Below, in pieces: positions 31,690 through 45,700 of a stretch of 64,000 nt of DNA (position 1 is its first letter; each line of letters begins with the position of its first letter). Position numbers and translations under genes: made by a program. The DNA is from the human T2T-CHM13v2.0 reference genome, Homo sapiens. The notes beneath the pieces are model-generated. The model was given only the letters and a program-made list of their open reading frames with translations, was not told where the DNA came from and ran no database searches. Location of the stretch: assembly GCF_009914755.1 (NCBI RefSeq), contig NC_060929.1; one strand, 5' to 3'.

Positions 31690-32590
31690 GAAAAATGTCA
31701 ATTAAAAGAGAACAGGGAAGAAGGAGTCTTAGGTGTGTGGAACTTTTGTGGGAAGGCTTTGGGCTTCACTAGATGATCCTGAACTTGGGATAGCTTCGCT
31801 GGGTTCTTCAATTTAGGGATGTTAGAAAAGGAGGCAGCCATCCTGAATACTTGGTTTGATGCCATGACTCCAGACACTTTGGACCATAAGCAGTTTTGGA
31901 TTCTCCTCAGCCTGACAATTCTTCCCACGGTCCAAAATCCAATGTGCATGGAGATGCCAGGTTATAAGACAGACTATTTATGCATTCATTTACTAATGAG
32001 GGCCTGCTCCATGCTGAGCACTGGAGATACAATGCTACACCAAAGAACTAAAAGATTCCTTTGCTTTCATGGAGCTTATGGTGTAAGGGAAAAAAGACAA
32101 TAGAAGAGGCAAACAGATGCCATAGTTCTGCTGCTATGAGAGCTACATGAGGCTCTGAGTCTTACGGCTGAATACTAAAAATGTAATGATTAGGATGAGG
32201 TCTGAAGGATGAATAGGGGCTGATGCATTGATCAGGGGAAAGAGAAGCATGTGATAAGGATGGGAGTCTTTTGAATATGAGGGGCCAAACAAAGAGCAGT
32301 ATGACCAGAGTACAGCAAGTATGTTGCTGGGTGACAATGGAGAGTGAGCCAGGGGCCAGATCACACAAGGCCTCGAGGCTCATCAGAGTTTGAATTTATT
32401 CCAAGTGTTAAGAGAAAAGCTTTGGTGAGTTTTAAGCAGAAAAGCAACATGGTGCAATTAATATGTTTCAAAAGATCACTCTGGCTACCTTGTACAGGTG
32501 GCCTTGTACAGCTGGGCAGTAGGGGCATAGAGGACTGGATGGAGGCAAGAAGTCCAGTTCACTCTCAAGTGACATCAACAAGATGGCAGA

Positions 32591-32889
32591 GCCAGGCACA
32601 GTGGCACACCCCTGTACTCCTAGCTACTTCGAAGGCTGAGGCAGGGGGATTACTTGAGCACAGGAGTTCTGGGCTGTAGTGTGTTATGACAATCAGGTGT
32701 CCACACTAAATTTGGAATCAATATAGTGACGTCCCAGGAGCAGGGGACCACGAGGTTGCCTAAGGAGGGGTGAACTGGCCCAGATTGGAGTTGGAGCAGG
32801 TCAAAACTCTGATGCTGATCAGTCATGGGATCGCGCCTGTAAATAGCAACTGCACTGCAGCCTGGGCAACATAGCGAGATACTGTCTCT
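32591..32889 (+). pseudogene. Full-length 7SL (SRP RNA) retropseudogene
   Basis: 299 nt colinear with 7SL including the S domain (GGTTGCCTAAGGAGGGGTGAAC, GGAGCAGGTCAAAACT); A-rich tail; 14-bp TSD AACAAGATGGCAGA (32577-32590; 32906-32919). Confidence 0.95.
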
Positions 32890-33968
32890 AAAAAATAATA
32901 CATAAAACAAGATGGCAGAATAGGAGATAACCTGCTCATATCCCCCTAACAACAATAAGAATTCTGCAGCCATCCACAGGAAAAAAGTCTCTCTGCAGGA
33001 GCTTTGAGATTCAGGTAGGAGGTTATAAAACACTGGCAGAGCCCAAGACCTAAGAAGGCTGTTTTAAGAGTGTAGAACAGCACCCAGGTAGCAAACTTGA
33101 GCATGCTCTTAGGTTCAAACCTGTAAACAACTTTGTTCCTCAAAGGGCTTGGCTTCAGCCCTATTTGGCTTTGAGCCTGCAACCAAAACCATCTGTCAAT
33201 GGGTCCAGGAGAAATCATGCACCTTCGTGCCTCTGCAGAAAGTTTTGTCTGCCTGATGACACTGGTCTTGCCAGTGGATCTGAAAGTTATCTGGCAGTTT
33301 GGCTCCAGCCCCCCAACAGCTGCAGGCCCAGCTTATTAAAGCTTGCACAAGGAACCAGAGGGAAACTCACTCATACCTCACAGACCAGGAATTGCCTGTC
33401 CATAGGAACCTCTGTGATGGCCAAGAAGATTCCATCCCACAGCAGATCCAGAGGGGGCCCAGTCTCAGCTTTCACCCCTCTTGCTACAGTTGGGAAACTC
33501 CCCCACCCATGCAGGAAATTAGTTGGGAAGTACACACATCTGGGCTACTGGGGTGAGCTCACCAGCATCTGTGCCACAGTGGATCCTGAGGGGGCCCAGT
33601 CTTGGCTTTAGTTCCACTTAAACTGCAGTAAGAGAACTGCCCTGGCCATACAGGAAACTGCTGGGAAGCATACATGTCTGCAACACTGTAGGCAGGGTTG
33701 CCAACATCTGTTCCACAGCTCCTCTCACTATAGCCAGGAAATTGTCCCACTTATGCAGGGATCTGTCAAAAAACACAAAGCCATATGGACCAGTGAGACA
33801 GGCGTCTGAACTCAGGTTCCTACCCATCTTTCCCATACAGCTCCAGTACCCGCCTTGACTCTTCTCTAGGTCCAACCAAGCTGGAGTACCATCCCAACCT
33901 CTAAGCCTTCACAAGACTTACAGAGAACCCTAGATTAGGATACCCTCTAGTGTTGAAATAGCTGCAGC

Positions 33969-34023
33969 AGTCACAGACTCTGACAACAGGTTAGATTGTC
34001 AGAGTCACAGACTCTGACAACAG
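33969..34023. repeat. 21-bp direct repeat with an inverted 11-bp copy between
   Basis: AGTCACAGACTCTGACAACAG at 33969 and 34003; TTGTCAGAGTC at 33996-34006. Confidence 0.9.
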
Positions 34024-37000
34024 ATTTCTGGACAGGCCAACTGAAGGATGAGCACAAACAAAGCCAGATTGCAAAGACTAGAATAAATATCTAATTCTTC
34101 AATGTAAAGAGATTGACATACATCCACAAGCATTAAGAACAATCTTGGAAGTATGACCTCACCTAATGGACAAAACATGACACCAATGAGGGACCCTAAA
34201 GAGATGGAAATATATGATCTGTTGGACAAGTGATTCAAAATAGCTGTGTTAAGGAAGCTCAATGAATTTTAAGAAAACACAGAGAAAAAATTCAGCAATT
34301 TAACAGAGAGATTGCAACAACAAAAAAATCTGGAACTGAAAAATACAAATGAATGAATTTTTTTAAATGCAATAGAAAGCATAAACAGCAGAAGTTAATA
34401 AGGCAGAAGAAGGAATCAAGAGCTTGAAAACAGGCTCCTTGAAAATACAGCCAAAGGAGAAAATAGGAAAAAAGAATGAAATAGAACAAAGAAAGCTTAT
34501 AGAATCTATGGAATAGCATCAAAAGAGCAAATATTTGGGTCATTGAAGTTCAAGAGGGAGAAGAAAAACACAAAAGGGTAGATGGCTTATGCAAAGAAAT
34601 AACAGAGACCTATCCAAACCTAAAGAAAGATATAATTATCCAGGTAGAGGAAGGTCAAAAGTCACCAATAGATTCAACCCAAATAAGACTATCTCAGACA
34701 AGTTGTAATCAAATTTTCAAAGATCAAGGACAAAGAGAATTCTAAAAGCAGCAAGAGAAAAGAAGCAAATAACATGTAAGAATCCCAACACACCTGGCAA
34801 CAGACTTCTCAGCAAAGACTTTGCAGACCAGGAGGAAGTACTCTTGGTGATATATTAGGAGTACTGAAGGAAAAGATAAAAACTTGCTAACCAATAAGCC
34901 TGTACCCAGAAAAGCTATTTGTCAGAATTGAAGGAGACATAAAGACTTTCCTGGACAAATGAAAGACCCAGAAATTCATCACCATCAGACAGTCTTACTA
35001 GAAATCTTAAAGAGAGTTTTTCAAACGGGAAGAAAAGGACACTATGTGTAACAATAAAACATCTGAAGTTATAAAACTCACTGGTAAAAGCAAATATACA
35101 GACATTCACAATATTCTAATATTATAATCATGGTGTGTAAATCACTTACATTATTAGTACAAAGACTGAAAGACAAAACTATGAAAAATAACAATAACTA
35201 CAATAATATGTTAAGAGGTAGAGCTATTGAATGTTTATTGTAAGCCTCATGGTAGCCACAAAGCAAGGATTTCTAATAGTTAAACAGAAAATAAAAGCAT
35301 ACTACTAGTGAAAATCTCTTAATCACAAAGAAAAACAGCAAGAAAGAACAGAATTAAAGAATCTGTTTTTTGAAACTAGAAAACATGTAACAAAATGGCA
35401 GTGGTAAGCCCTGACTGAATTACCTGAAATGTAATTGCTTAAATTATCCAATTAAAAGACATAGCGTGGCTGAATTAATAAAAATAAATAAGACCCAATT
35501 ATATGCCACTCACAAGAGGGTCACTTCACCTATAAGAGAACACATAGTCTGAAAGAAAAAGGAGGGAACAAGATATTCCATGTAAATTAAAACAAAAAAA
35601 TGGAGCAGGAGTAGTCACACTTATATCAGAAAAAAGTACATTTTCAGGAAAAAAATTATAACAAAAAAGACAAAGAAGGCAATTATATAAAGGTAAAGGA
35701 GTCAAATACAGCAAGAGAATATAATAATTATAAATATATATTCAACCAGCATCAGAGCAGTTAAATATGTAAGCAAATATTAATAGACTTAAAGAGAACT
35801 ATACTCTGCAATAAAATAATAGGAGAAACTTCAACACTTTCCACAATAGAGAGATCATCCAGACAGACGATAATCAAAGAAACACCAGACTAGTTGTTTC
35901 TAGATGCACTCTAGACCAAATGGACCTAACATACCTTTATAGAACATTCCATTCAAGAGTTGTAGGATATACGTTATTTGCAACAGAACATAGAACAGTC
36001 TACAGCATATATCACATAGAAAACGAGTATATCACATACATATATCACAATACAAAACAAGTATTAACAAATTTTTAAAAATCAAAATTATGTTAAGTAT
36101 CTTTTATAACCACAGTGCAATAAAACTAGCAATCAATAACAAGAGGAACTTTGGAAACCATACAGAATTACAGAAATTAAACAACATTCTCCTGAACAAC
36201 CAATGAATCAATGAGGACATTTTTTAAAAATTTTAATTTCATGAGACAAATGAAAATGAAAACATGACATATGAAAACCTATGAGATACAGCAAGAGGAA
36301 AGTTTATAGAAATAAATACCTATGTCAAAAAAGTAGAAAGATATTAACAACCTAGCACTGAACTTCAAAGACCAAAAAAAAAAAAACAGAACAAACTAAA
36401 TCTCAAATTTACAGAAGGAAATAAATCATAAAGACCAGAACAGAAATAAATAAAATAGGGGCTAAAAACAACACAAAAGCTCAAAAAGAGTTGCTTTTTA
36501 GAAAGATAAAACTGACGAACCTTTAGCAAGACTGAGAAAATAAGAGAAATGACTCAAATAAATAAAATTATAAATGAAAAAGGAGACGTTAAAATTGATA
36601 CCACAGAAATATAAAGGATCATAAGAGACTGTTGTGATAACTATACACAACAAATTGTAAAACCTAGGAAAAAAATAAGTTCTTAGACACATGCAACCTA
36701 TCAAAATTGAATTAAGAAGAAATAGAAAACCTGAAAAGACCAATAACAAGCAAGGAGATTGAATCAGTAATAAAAAGTCTCCCATCATAGAAAACCCAGG
36801 ACTGACGGCTTCACTGCCAAATTCTACCAAATAGTTAAAGAAGAACTAATTTAATTATTCTCAAACTATTCCAAAAAAATTGAAAGGGAGGAAGTTGTTC
36901 CAAACTCATTCTTTGAAGCCAGAATTACCCTAATCCCAAAACCAGACACAACAAAAAAGAAAACTACAGGCTAATATCCCTGATAAACATAGATGCAATA

Positions 37001-40000
37001 ATCCTCCACAAAATACTAGCAAACCAAATTCAACAGCACATTAAAAAGATCATGCACCATAATCAAGTAGGATTCAGCCCAGGGATGCAAGAATGGTTCA
37101 ATATATTCAAATCAATAAACATGATACATCCCATTAATAGAATCAAGAACACAAATTAGATGATCATTTCAATATATACAGAAAAAGCATTTAATAAAAT
37201 TCAGCAACCTTTTATGACGAAAACCCTCAACAAATTAACTATAGAAAGAAAATACCTCCACACAGTAAAGGCCATATATGAAAAATACAGCTAACATCAT
37301 ATTGAATAGGGAAAAGTTGAAAGCTTTTCCCCTAAGATATGGAACTAGACGAGGATGGCCACTGTCCCCACTTCTATTCAACGTTGTACTGGAAGTCCTA
37401 GCCTGAGCAATCAGGCAAGAGAAAAAAATAAAGAACATTCAAATTGAAAAAGAAGAAGTCAGATCGTCCCTGTTTGCAGATGACATGATCTTCTCTATAG
37501 AAAACCCTAGAAACCCTCCAAAAAGCTAATAGAAATTCAACAAAGTTGCAGGGTATAAAATCAAAATACAAAATTAATAGTATTTTTATAGTCTAACAGA
37601 AAAATACCTGAAAAAGAAATCAAGAAAGCAATTCCATTTACATAGCTCCAAAAAACACATCTAGGAGTAAATTTAACCAAGGAGATAAAATATTTCTGTG
37701 GTAAAAACTATAAAACATTGATGAAAGAAATTTAAGAGGACACAAGCAAATGGAAAGATATCCATTATTCATAATTGAAAGAATTAATATTGTTAAAATA
37801 TCCATATCACCCAAAGCAATCTACAGATTCAATGCAATCCCTATCATAATGTCAACAACCTTCTTCACAAAAATAGAAAAATAATCCTAAAATTTGTATG
37901 AAATAACAAAAGACCCTGAAGAGCCAAGGCAATCTTGAACAAAAAGAACAAAGCTAGAAGCACCACACTACCTGACTTCAAAATAGTCTACAAAGCTATA
38001 GTAACCAAAACAGGATGGTACTGGCATTAAAACAAACACAACACACAGACTAATGGAACAAAATAGACAACCCAGAAATTAATCTACACATTTACAGCCA
38101 ACTGATTTTCAACAAAGGTGTCAAAAACATGCAATGGGGAAGGGATAGTCTCTTCAATAAATGGTGCTGGGAAAATTGGATATCTACATGCAGAATTAGA
38201 CTAGATCCCTATCTCTCACTAGGTACCAAAATCACCTCAAAATGGATGAAAGACACAAATATAAGATTCAAAACTATGAAAGTACAAGATAAAAACAGGG
38301 GAAACGTTTCATGATAGTGGTCTGGGCAAGGATTTTTTAAACAGAACCTCAAAATCCCAGACAACAAAAGCAAAAATAGACAAATGGATTGCATCAAACT
38401 AAAAAGCTTCAGCATGGCAAAAGAAGCAATCAACAGGGTGAAGAAACAAGCTACAGAATAGGGTAGAAATATTTGCAAGCTATGTATCTTACAAGAGGTT
38501 AATATTCAAAATATATAAGGACTCAATAGCAAAAATGCAAATACGTCGATTAAAAATGGGCAAAAAACCTGCATAGACTTTTCTCAAAAAATAAGTATAC
38601 AGATGGCCAACAGAGTGTATGAAAAAGTGCTCCACATCACTAATCATCAGGGAAATACAAATCAAAACCACAGTGAGATATCACCTCACCCTTGTTAGAA
38701 TGGCTATTATGAAGTAGACAGAAAATAACAAATGCTAGCAAGGGTGTGAGGAAGGGGAACTCTTATATGCCGCTGGTGGGAATATAAATAGTGCAGCCAT
38801 CATGGACAGCATTATGGAGGTTCCTCAAAAAATTAAGAATAAAACTACCATATGATTCAACAATCTCACCATTGAGTAAATATACAAAGGAAATTAAATC
38901 AGTACATCAAAGAGATATCTGGCACTTTCATGTTTATTGCAGCACTATTCACAGTAACCAAAATATGGAATCAACTTACGTGCCCATCAACAGATGAATA
39001 GATTTTTAAAAAAGTGGTATGTACTCAATGAAATAGTATTCAGCCATAAAAAAGAATGAAATCCTGTCATTTGCAACAACATGGATGGACCTAGAATACA
39101 TTATGTTAAGTGAAATAAGCCAAGCACATAAAGACAAATACCACATGATCTCACTTACATGTGGAATCTAAAAAAATTGATCTCCTAGCAGTGCAGAGTA
39201 AAACAGTGGTTCCAGAGGCTGGGGAAGTGAGGGGGAGGGGTGATGGGAAGAGATTTGTGAACAGGTGCAAAGGCACAGTTAGATGGAAGGAATAAGTTCT
39301 TGTGTTCTATTGCACGGTAGGGTGACTATATTTAACAATAATGTATATTTCAAAATAGCTCAAAGATAATATTTTGAATGTTCTCACCACAAATAAATGA
39401 TAAATGTTTGAGGTGATGTACATGCTAATTACTCTGAATTGATCATTATATAATGTATACATATATCAAAACATCACACTCCACCCCATAAATATCTACA
39501 ATTTTTATGTGTCAGTTGAAAACAAAATAAAATTTTAAAAAGGAAAGAGGTACAGTTTAGAGGCCATTGTGGTCATCCAGAGTTGGGAAAGCTGCTGCAG
39601 CTTCAAATGACCTCAACACTTGTATCTGCCACCTACTAAGATGAAAAGAGCACTGGGATAGTTCTATGTGAAGACTGGTATGATTTTCAGACCTGTTGTG
39701 CACTGGTTCTGGGGCACTGGGGGAGTGATTTTGCCCCTTTGTAACTATCTTGCTTGACTGCTTAATGGAATTTGTATATCCTGGTCTACCTACTTATGAT
39801 TTTAAATCACACAATCTCATAAATGGAAAAGTGTAAAAGGAAGCAACTGGTCCCTAACCCCATGTGAACCTTGACCCCTTCTCTGTCCTCCTTAGAGTTG
39901 CATTCCCAGCACTTGGTGTCCTGGGGGACCAAGAGTCACCACCAAGTATATCTCTGTAAATGGTTCACTACTTGAACACCTTCAGAAATGGAGAAACACT

Positions 40001-41621
40001 CTCACTCTCAGGATAGCCATCTCAATGTTGCACACCCTACCTATCAAAAATATCTTCCTCATATTTAAGTAGTATTTGTTTTCCTGAAACTTCTACAAAG
40101 TTCTCCTAAATCAGGTCACATAGTACAAGCCTCATGCCAACTCTTCAGTGAACATGTCTCTTCAAGTCTCTTCATCAGGTTAAATGTTCCTTGTTCCTGC
40201 AACTGCTCCTCATGCGACATAGCTTTGCTCCGCTCTCCTGGTCTCATCCATTCCAACAAGTGTTCCTCTCTTTTATTTTCCCCTCCGTGTGAAACGCCTA
40301 GGAGCATTCTTTTCCACATAGCAAGCAATGACATATATTTGTTGGATTTCTTGGAGTAAACCCTGTCTGCCTAGAGTGAAAAGGGATCTCCAAGAAATCA
40401 AGGTAAAGTGAAGTGTCAAGGGATGTAGGAATAACACATATAAGGTCAACACAGATAAGGGTTTTGCAAGCAGTGTGGAACAACAGAGCAGCCAACAGGC
40501 CCGCGTACTGCTGTCCCGAGGCACAGTAGACTCTTGGGTTTCTTGGTAAAACTCATGGGTTGCATTGGTGATTTCTCTGATTGTTAAATATAGGGTTTCA
40601 ATTAAACACTGTCACCTATTGAAGGCTCTGAGCTTGAGGCTGTCAGAGCACTTGTCAGAACGGGCTTAAAGGTACAGGGGCTCCAGAATAACACTTCCCT
40701 GATAAATTGAACAGGATGGAAAGAGAAATGAAATGCAAATAACTTTACCACCATAGGATTCATTATGATATGATGCCCTAACTGCTTACCACATAAAATC
40801 ACCACAAGTCACATGCAAATCATCTTGTAATATCTTGGGAAGCCCTGGACTTGGAAGTATCCTATCAGATCAGAGAGATAACAGTGGAACTCTCGGCTGG
40901 TTATGTTTCTCTTCATTGTTTGGGAGATAAGAGAGGGGAATAGCAATCTGAAAAGTTCAAAGATAAATTTCTCACCTCATAATTGATTATCATATTTGCC
41001 TTTTTTTATCTTTTTTATTTCAACCAAATTATCTTCCTTGGGTGAGTGGGGGAAAGAATTGTGTCTGCACACAATGGTGGCATTCCCCACAATGGTTGGA
41101 CTATGACTATTCTGATTCTATTTCCAATGTATTCTTCCTTCCTTTCCTTCTAGTCCACTATTTTGGTGGCCTTTGCCAGCCAGGAGAGCAATAATAAGGC
41201 AGTCTGAAAACATGTCTAAACCAATCAAATGTTTGCATCATGTGTATAAATGCATTTGCATTCATACATGTTTGCACAAAACATTTGCTGTGTATGTAAT
41301 TGCTTATACATATTTGTGATTTTTGTGGGCAAGTGTTGACATATCTGTGTCTTTGTCATCATGTGTCTTGCTGTTATATATGTGTAAAAGGGAGTGTGAA
41401 TACGTGCATGTGGGCTTTATCACCCCTGAAGGACAGCAACCCCACAGATCCATGTCCGTAATAAGGAACAAAATATGGAGTCTCTCTAACAACATTTGAA
41501 TTCTCACATCTTGCTGACAGATGAGAAGGGTGCAATAGGGCCTGACCGCTCTGCTGCCAAGCCCCGGACCCGTGCTCAGTCCCTCCCCAGAGCTTTCCAC
41601 AGTTGATGTCCATGCTGCTGA

Positions 41622-41924
<303 letters not shown>

Positions 41925-42697
41925 TGAGATAACAGGCAGCCAGAGCAAGTGCTTAACTGACTGTAAGTCAGGGAAACTCAGGACATTTCTAAGCTTTCTA
42001 CCACCCCCCTGAGAAATCTACATTTCTACATTTGTAGAAGCTTCAAAGCTCCTGCATTGATTTGGATCCCTTGCCTGTATCAGTCTGTGCTAATGCTCTG
42101 AGGGCTGCAAAAGACATCAAATACAATTTCCTCTCTGTTATCACGGAAACCTTATAGTCTAGTTAGTAATCAATTAGGAACAGCTTACGGACAACAGCTG
42201 GACCTGATGCTCTTTGTGTCCCCTCCTATCTCATAGAAGGAGCTCAGTGAATGTTTGTTGACTTGATGAATAAGAGGATAGTATATGGGAAAAAAAAAAC
42301 TGGAAAAGGTGATCTATTAAATGGTGCCAGGAGAGAGAGAAAATGTGAAGTGGGAGTGGAGGTGGTGAGATGTGTTTTGGCAGAAGACAGTGAGCGGAAG
42401 CAAAGGAGCAGAGAGCTTAGGAGCACAGCCTTCAAGTTCAGCAGATGGAGGCCCAGAACCTGGCTCCATCCCTTACTTGTTCTGTGCACTTAGCCTCTGT
42501 GACACCATTTCCATTCATCCATGTAATGAGGAGAACAATGTCTATATCAGAGCTTAACAAGACTAAAAGAGATAGGGTATCTAAAATTAGAGGCAAAACA
42601 AGGAACAATCAGTGGAGGTTCCATATACCATTAGGACTTCAAGGAAATGCAAACCTTTGGGAGTCATTCTGAAGAATGGGTAGAGACTAAAGCCATA

Positions 42698-42786
42698 CAG
42701 GGTAGACGTGTAAACATTTATAGATATCACAAAGCCAGGGTAGACCTGTAAACATTTATAGATATCACAAAGCCAGGCCAGACCTG
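42698..42786 (+). repeat. 38-bp tandem repeat, 2 copies plus partial third
   Basis: CAGGGTAGAC(G/C)TGTAAACATTTATAGATATCACAAAGC at 42698 and 42736. Confidence 0.92.
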
Positions 42787-45700
42787 AGTAGGCTAAGTAC
42801 AACCTAGACAAAAGGAACAACTTGGACAGACACCCAGAAGCAGGAAAACCTGTGGTTTCCCTGGACTTTAGGGATGTTTATCCCAGGAGTTGAAGAAACA
42901 GTACATGGAACTACCATCTATGGATCAAATAAGAATAATAAGAAACATTTGCTACCGCCTACATATGAACCAGGTCCTGTGCTAAGCACACCCTACACAA
43001 ATTATCTCATTTAATCCTCTCATTAAAGATGAGTTAGAGATTGTCCCTATTTTATAGCTCAGAGTTAGGATAGGTCCCCATTTTATAGATCAGAAAATTA
43101 AAAGAATCACCTAAGATCACACAGCTAATTAGTAGCAGAAGGAGCAGAGACAGCACGCTGCCATATTGCCTCAGGCAAAAGAGAAGGGATCCTGTACAGA
43201 CTCACCTAGTTATCTCACTACAACTTCTTGGAGCAAACTCCAGGCCCCGAACAAACCACTGTGGGAGATGCTGCAGGTTCTTGACCATGGGCTTTGTATT
43301 CTGTATGACAGACAGGAAAGGGAACAAAGCCTTAAGCATCATTGATCCTAACTCCAAGGCTAAAATCATCAATTTTCAATGTGTCAGAGCAGGAAGGTGC
43401 CTTAGAGGTCACCTAGTCAGAGGCTGTCATTTTAGAGAGAGGCATTACTTGCTTAAGCTCACCCAGCCAGTTAATAAAAAAGCCACTTACAATCTCATTA
43501 CAATTCCCTGACATTTTTAGCCTGCAACAAAAGTGTGAAGAAGGTGCCTGTTTCTACTTGTCCATAAAGCCTGTCCTATGCCCCAACCCCTGCTAATGCA
43601 GTTAGGGAACCATCTAATTCACTTAACAATGCTCTCATCCTTATAGCATAGACAACATGCACCAGTCCTCAAAGTACTTTTGCACCTATGGTTTCATTTT
43701 TGTTTCACCTGTGACCTCAGGCAGAAGAGGTATTTGTGGCAGCCACTTTGCGGATAAGAAATTAAAACTTGGGAAATTCTTTTGATGCAAGTGTCAGGGG
43801 TGGGTACCAAATCTGAGTTTTCTTGTTCCAATCCAAGTATTCCTGTCACTGAACCACATGGTCTTAATGTGGTGGTGTCATTAAACTGACAAACATTTTT
43901 AAAAAGATCACTCAGGATGACAGCTGGGCTTGTGGACACATCTAGTCTAACTGTACCATTTTATAGTTGGGAAAACTGAGGCCCAGAGAAGAAAATGGTC
44001 ATGCCCTACCTAATGAGAGGCACAGCTGGGATTTAAAATTTCAAAAGTCTTTGTTAATCACTACGTCAATTGACATATTACTGCCTCTTGTCCACAGCAC
44101 AAAGTTAAGAACCTGGAACCAGGGCAGTGCATATTCTACAAGTTCTGTGCCCAGGCCTACTACATTGGTGACAAATTGGTTGTAGTCCATGTACTTACTT
44201 TGACAGGTCAGTAGTGGTTGCCTAGAGATTCTGAGGTCACATCTGGGCTTGATGTGAAAGGATTCTTTGATTGATATCAGTGTCTCTCATGTATACAGGA
44301 AGGGAAACTGGTACCAAGAAAGCCAGGTATGAGGCATTCCTACCCTAAAGTAAAACCTGAAAAAAAAGGCATAATTATTAGTAGTCATTGCACTACTTAC
44401 AGAATGCCTTCTTGTGCCAGGCACTGGGTTATGCCTGTGTTCTCATATAATCTCCACGGCAACACTGTGAAGTGCACAGTATTATTACTATTTTCAGAAG
44501 AGGAACACTGAAGCTCAGAAAGGTTATGCTACTTGCCCAACATCTTTCAGCTAATAAGATATAAAGCCTAAAATGAGGGAGGCAGCTGGTTGCAGTGGAA
44601 AGGCACAATGTGTGCAATCAGGAGGTCAGGGACTCTTGGCTCTGCCACTAACAAACTGCATGACATTTGACAGTTTATTGCCACATCATGGGCCTCAGTT
44701 TCTTTACCTGTAAAAGGAGAGTACTGCCAAGATATGTCCCATGCATAAGCCTTTCCATCTCTGTGACTCTGACCTTGGATAATTATCCCACCAGGAGTTT
44801 GGTGGGTGGGGAGATAAGGTTACCTACCACCCCCACAAGGCAAAAGGAGGGAATAGTGAGACAAGAATTCTTCTACTCCAGTCTCTGAAAAAGCTGGCTT
44901 CTTGTCCCCATGACAGCCCAGAACTTCTTGGCAGCCCCAGCCCAGAGATGCTTAATCCTCCATCGACAGTTTAATTAAGATGTATGAAGAGTCATGGGAG
45001 CTGCGGATGATAGGAGAGATCCAAGAACAAATACCCTGAGTATGCTTCCAATCTTCCCTGCCACTCATGCTACCTTCACATTCCTGGAGATTAGATTTTC
45101 CTGATAGTTCATCCCAAGTGTCTGTGTGCACAGCCTTAACATTTGGGGCACTGGGGTGAGGCTGAGAGGACATATTAATTTTCTGCATACTGTTGCCCAG
45201 AAGGCTCCTCAGCTCTGCCTGTCAACAGCCCAGTTCCCTGCTGTGTCCATACTGTCAGGTCAAATTGCATCTTGCAATTGCCCTGCTGTGTGTTTTGTTG
45301 ATTTGTGCCTGGAAGATTATCTGCAAATCTGGTCACAGCTGAATTTATACATTTTCCTGTTTCCTGTGAGAGAATATTAAATACATTGGCAGACCTTATG
45401 ATTAGTTCTGGGTATTTCCTCCCCTAACCTTGGAATCCTCCCTCCCTTTTCTCCCTTCTTTCTTCTTCTTTCTCACATTGACATTGTTGCTTGAATGATG
45501 TATCTTCAGGTAAAGAATCAGATACTTCCAGCTAGCCAGGGACTTAAAGATTATAATGCCCAAACTCCCTATGGAATGGATGGGGAAACTAAGGCCCAAA
45601 GAGAAGGGACTCTCCATAAACAAACCCATGAGTGAGAAGTAGAACTAAGACTGATATCCAGGGCTCCTCACAGCCAGTCCAGTGTCCTTTCTAGATTGTA

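Larger units (their letters stand above)
32560..39544 (+). mobile_element. Old full-length L1 (L1MA4/L1MA5-like 3' end), highly decayed
   Basis: 5' end GTGACATCAACAAGATGGCAGAATAG, long 5'UTR, ORF1 and ORF2 relics (TTTGCAGATGAC = FADD near 37473), L1MA 3'UTR; degenerate TSD AAGAAGTCCAGTT (32547-32559) / AAGAGGTACAGTT (39545-39557); inserted in an L2. Confidence 0.88.

Noticed and set aside
32591-32889. Alu, or a functional 7SL gene
   Set aside because: It has the S domain, so it is not an Alu; TSD, A-tail, CpG decay and altered GNRA loop mark a retropseudogene.
33165-33611. 148-aa ORF
   Set aside because: Lies in the decayed L1 5'UTR, starts at a non-ATG codon and resembles no protein I recognise.
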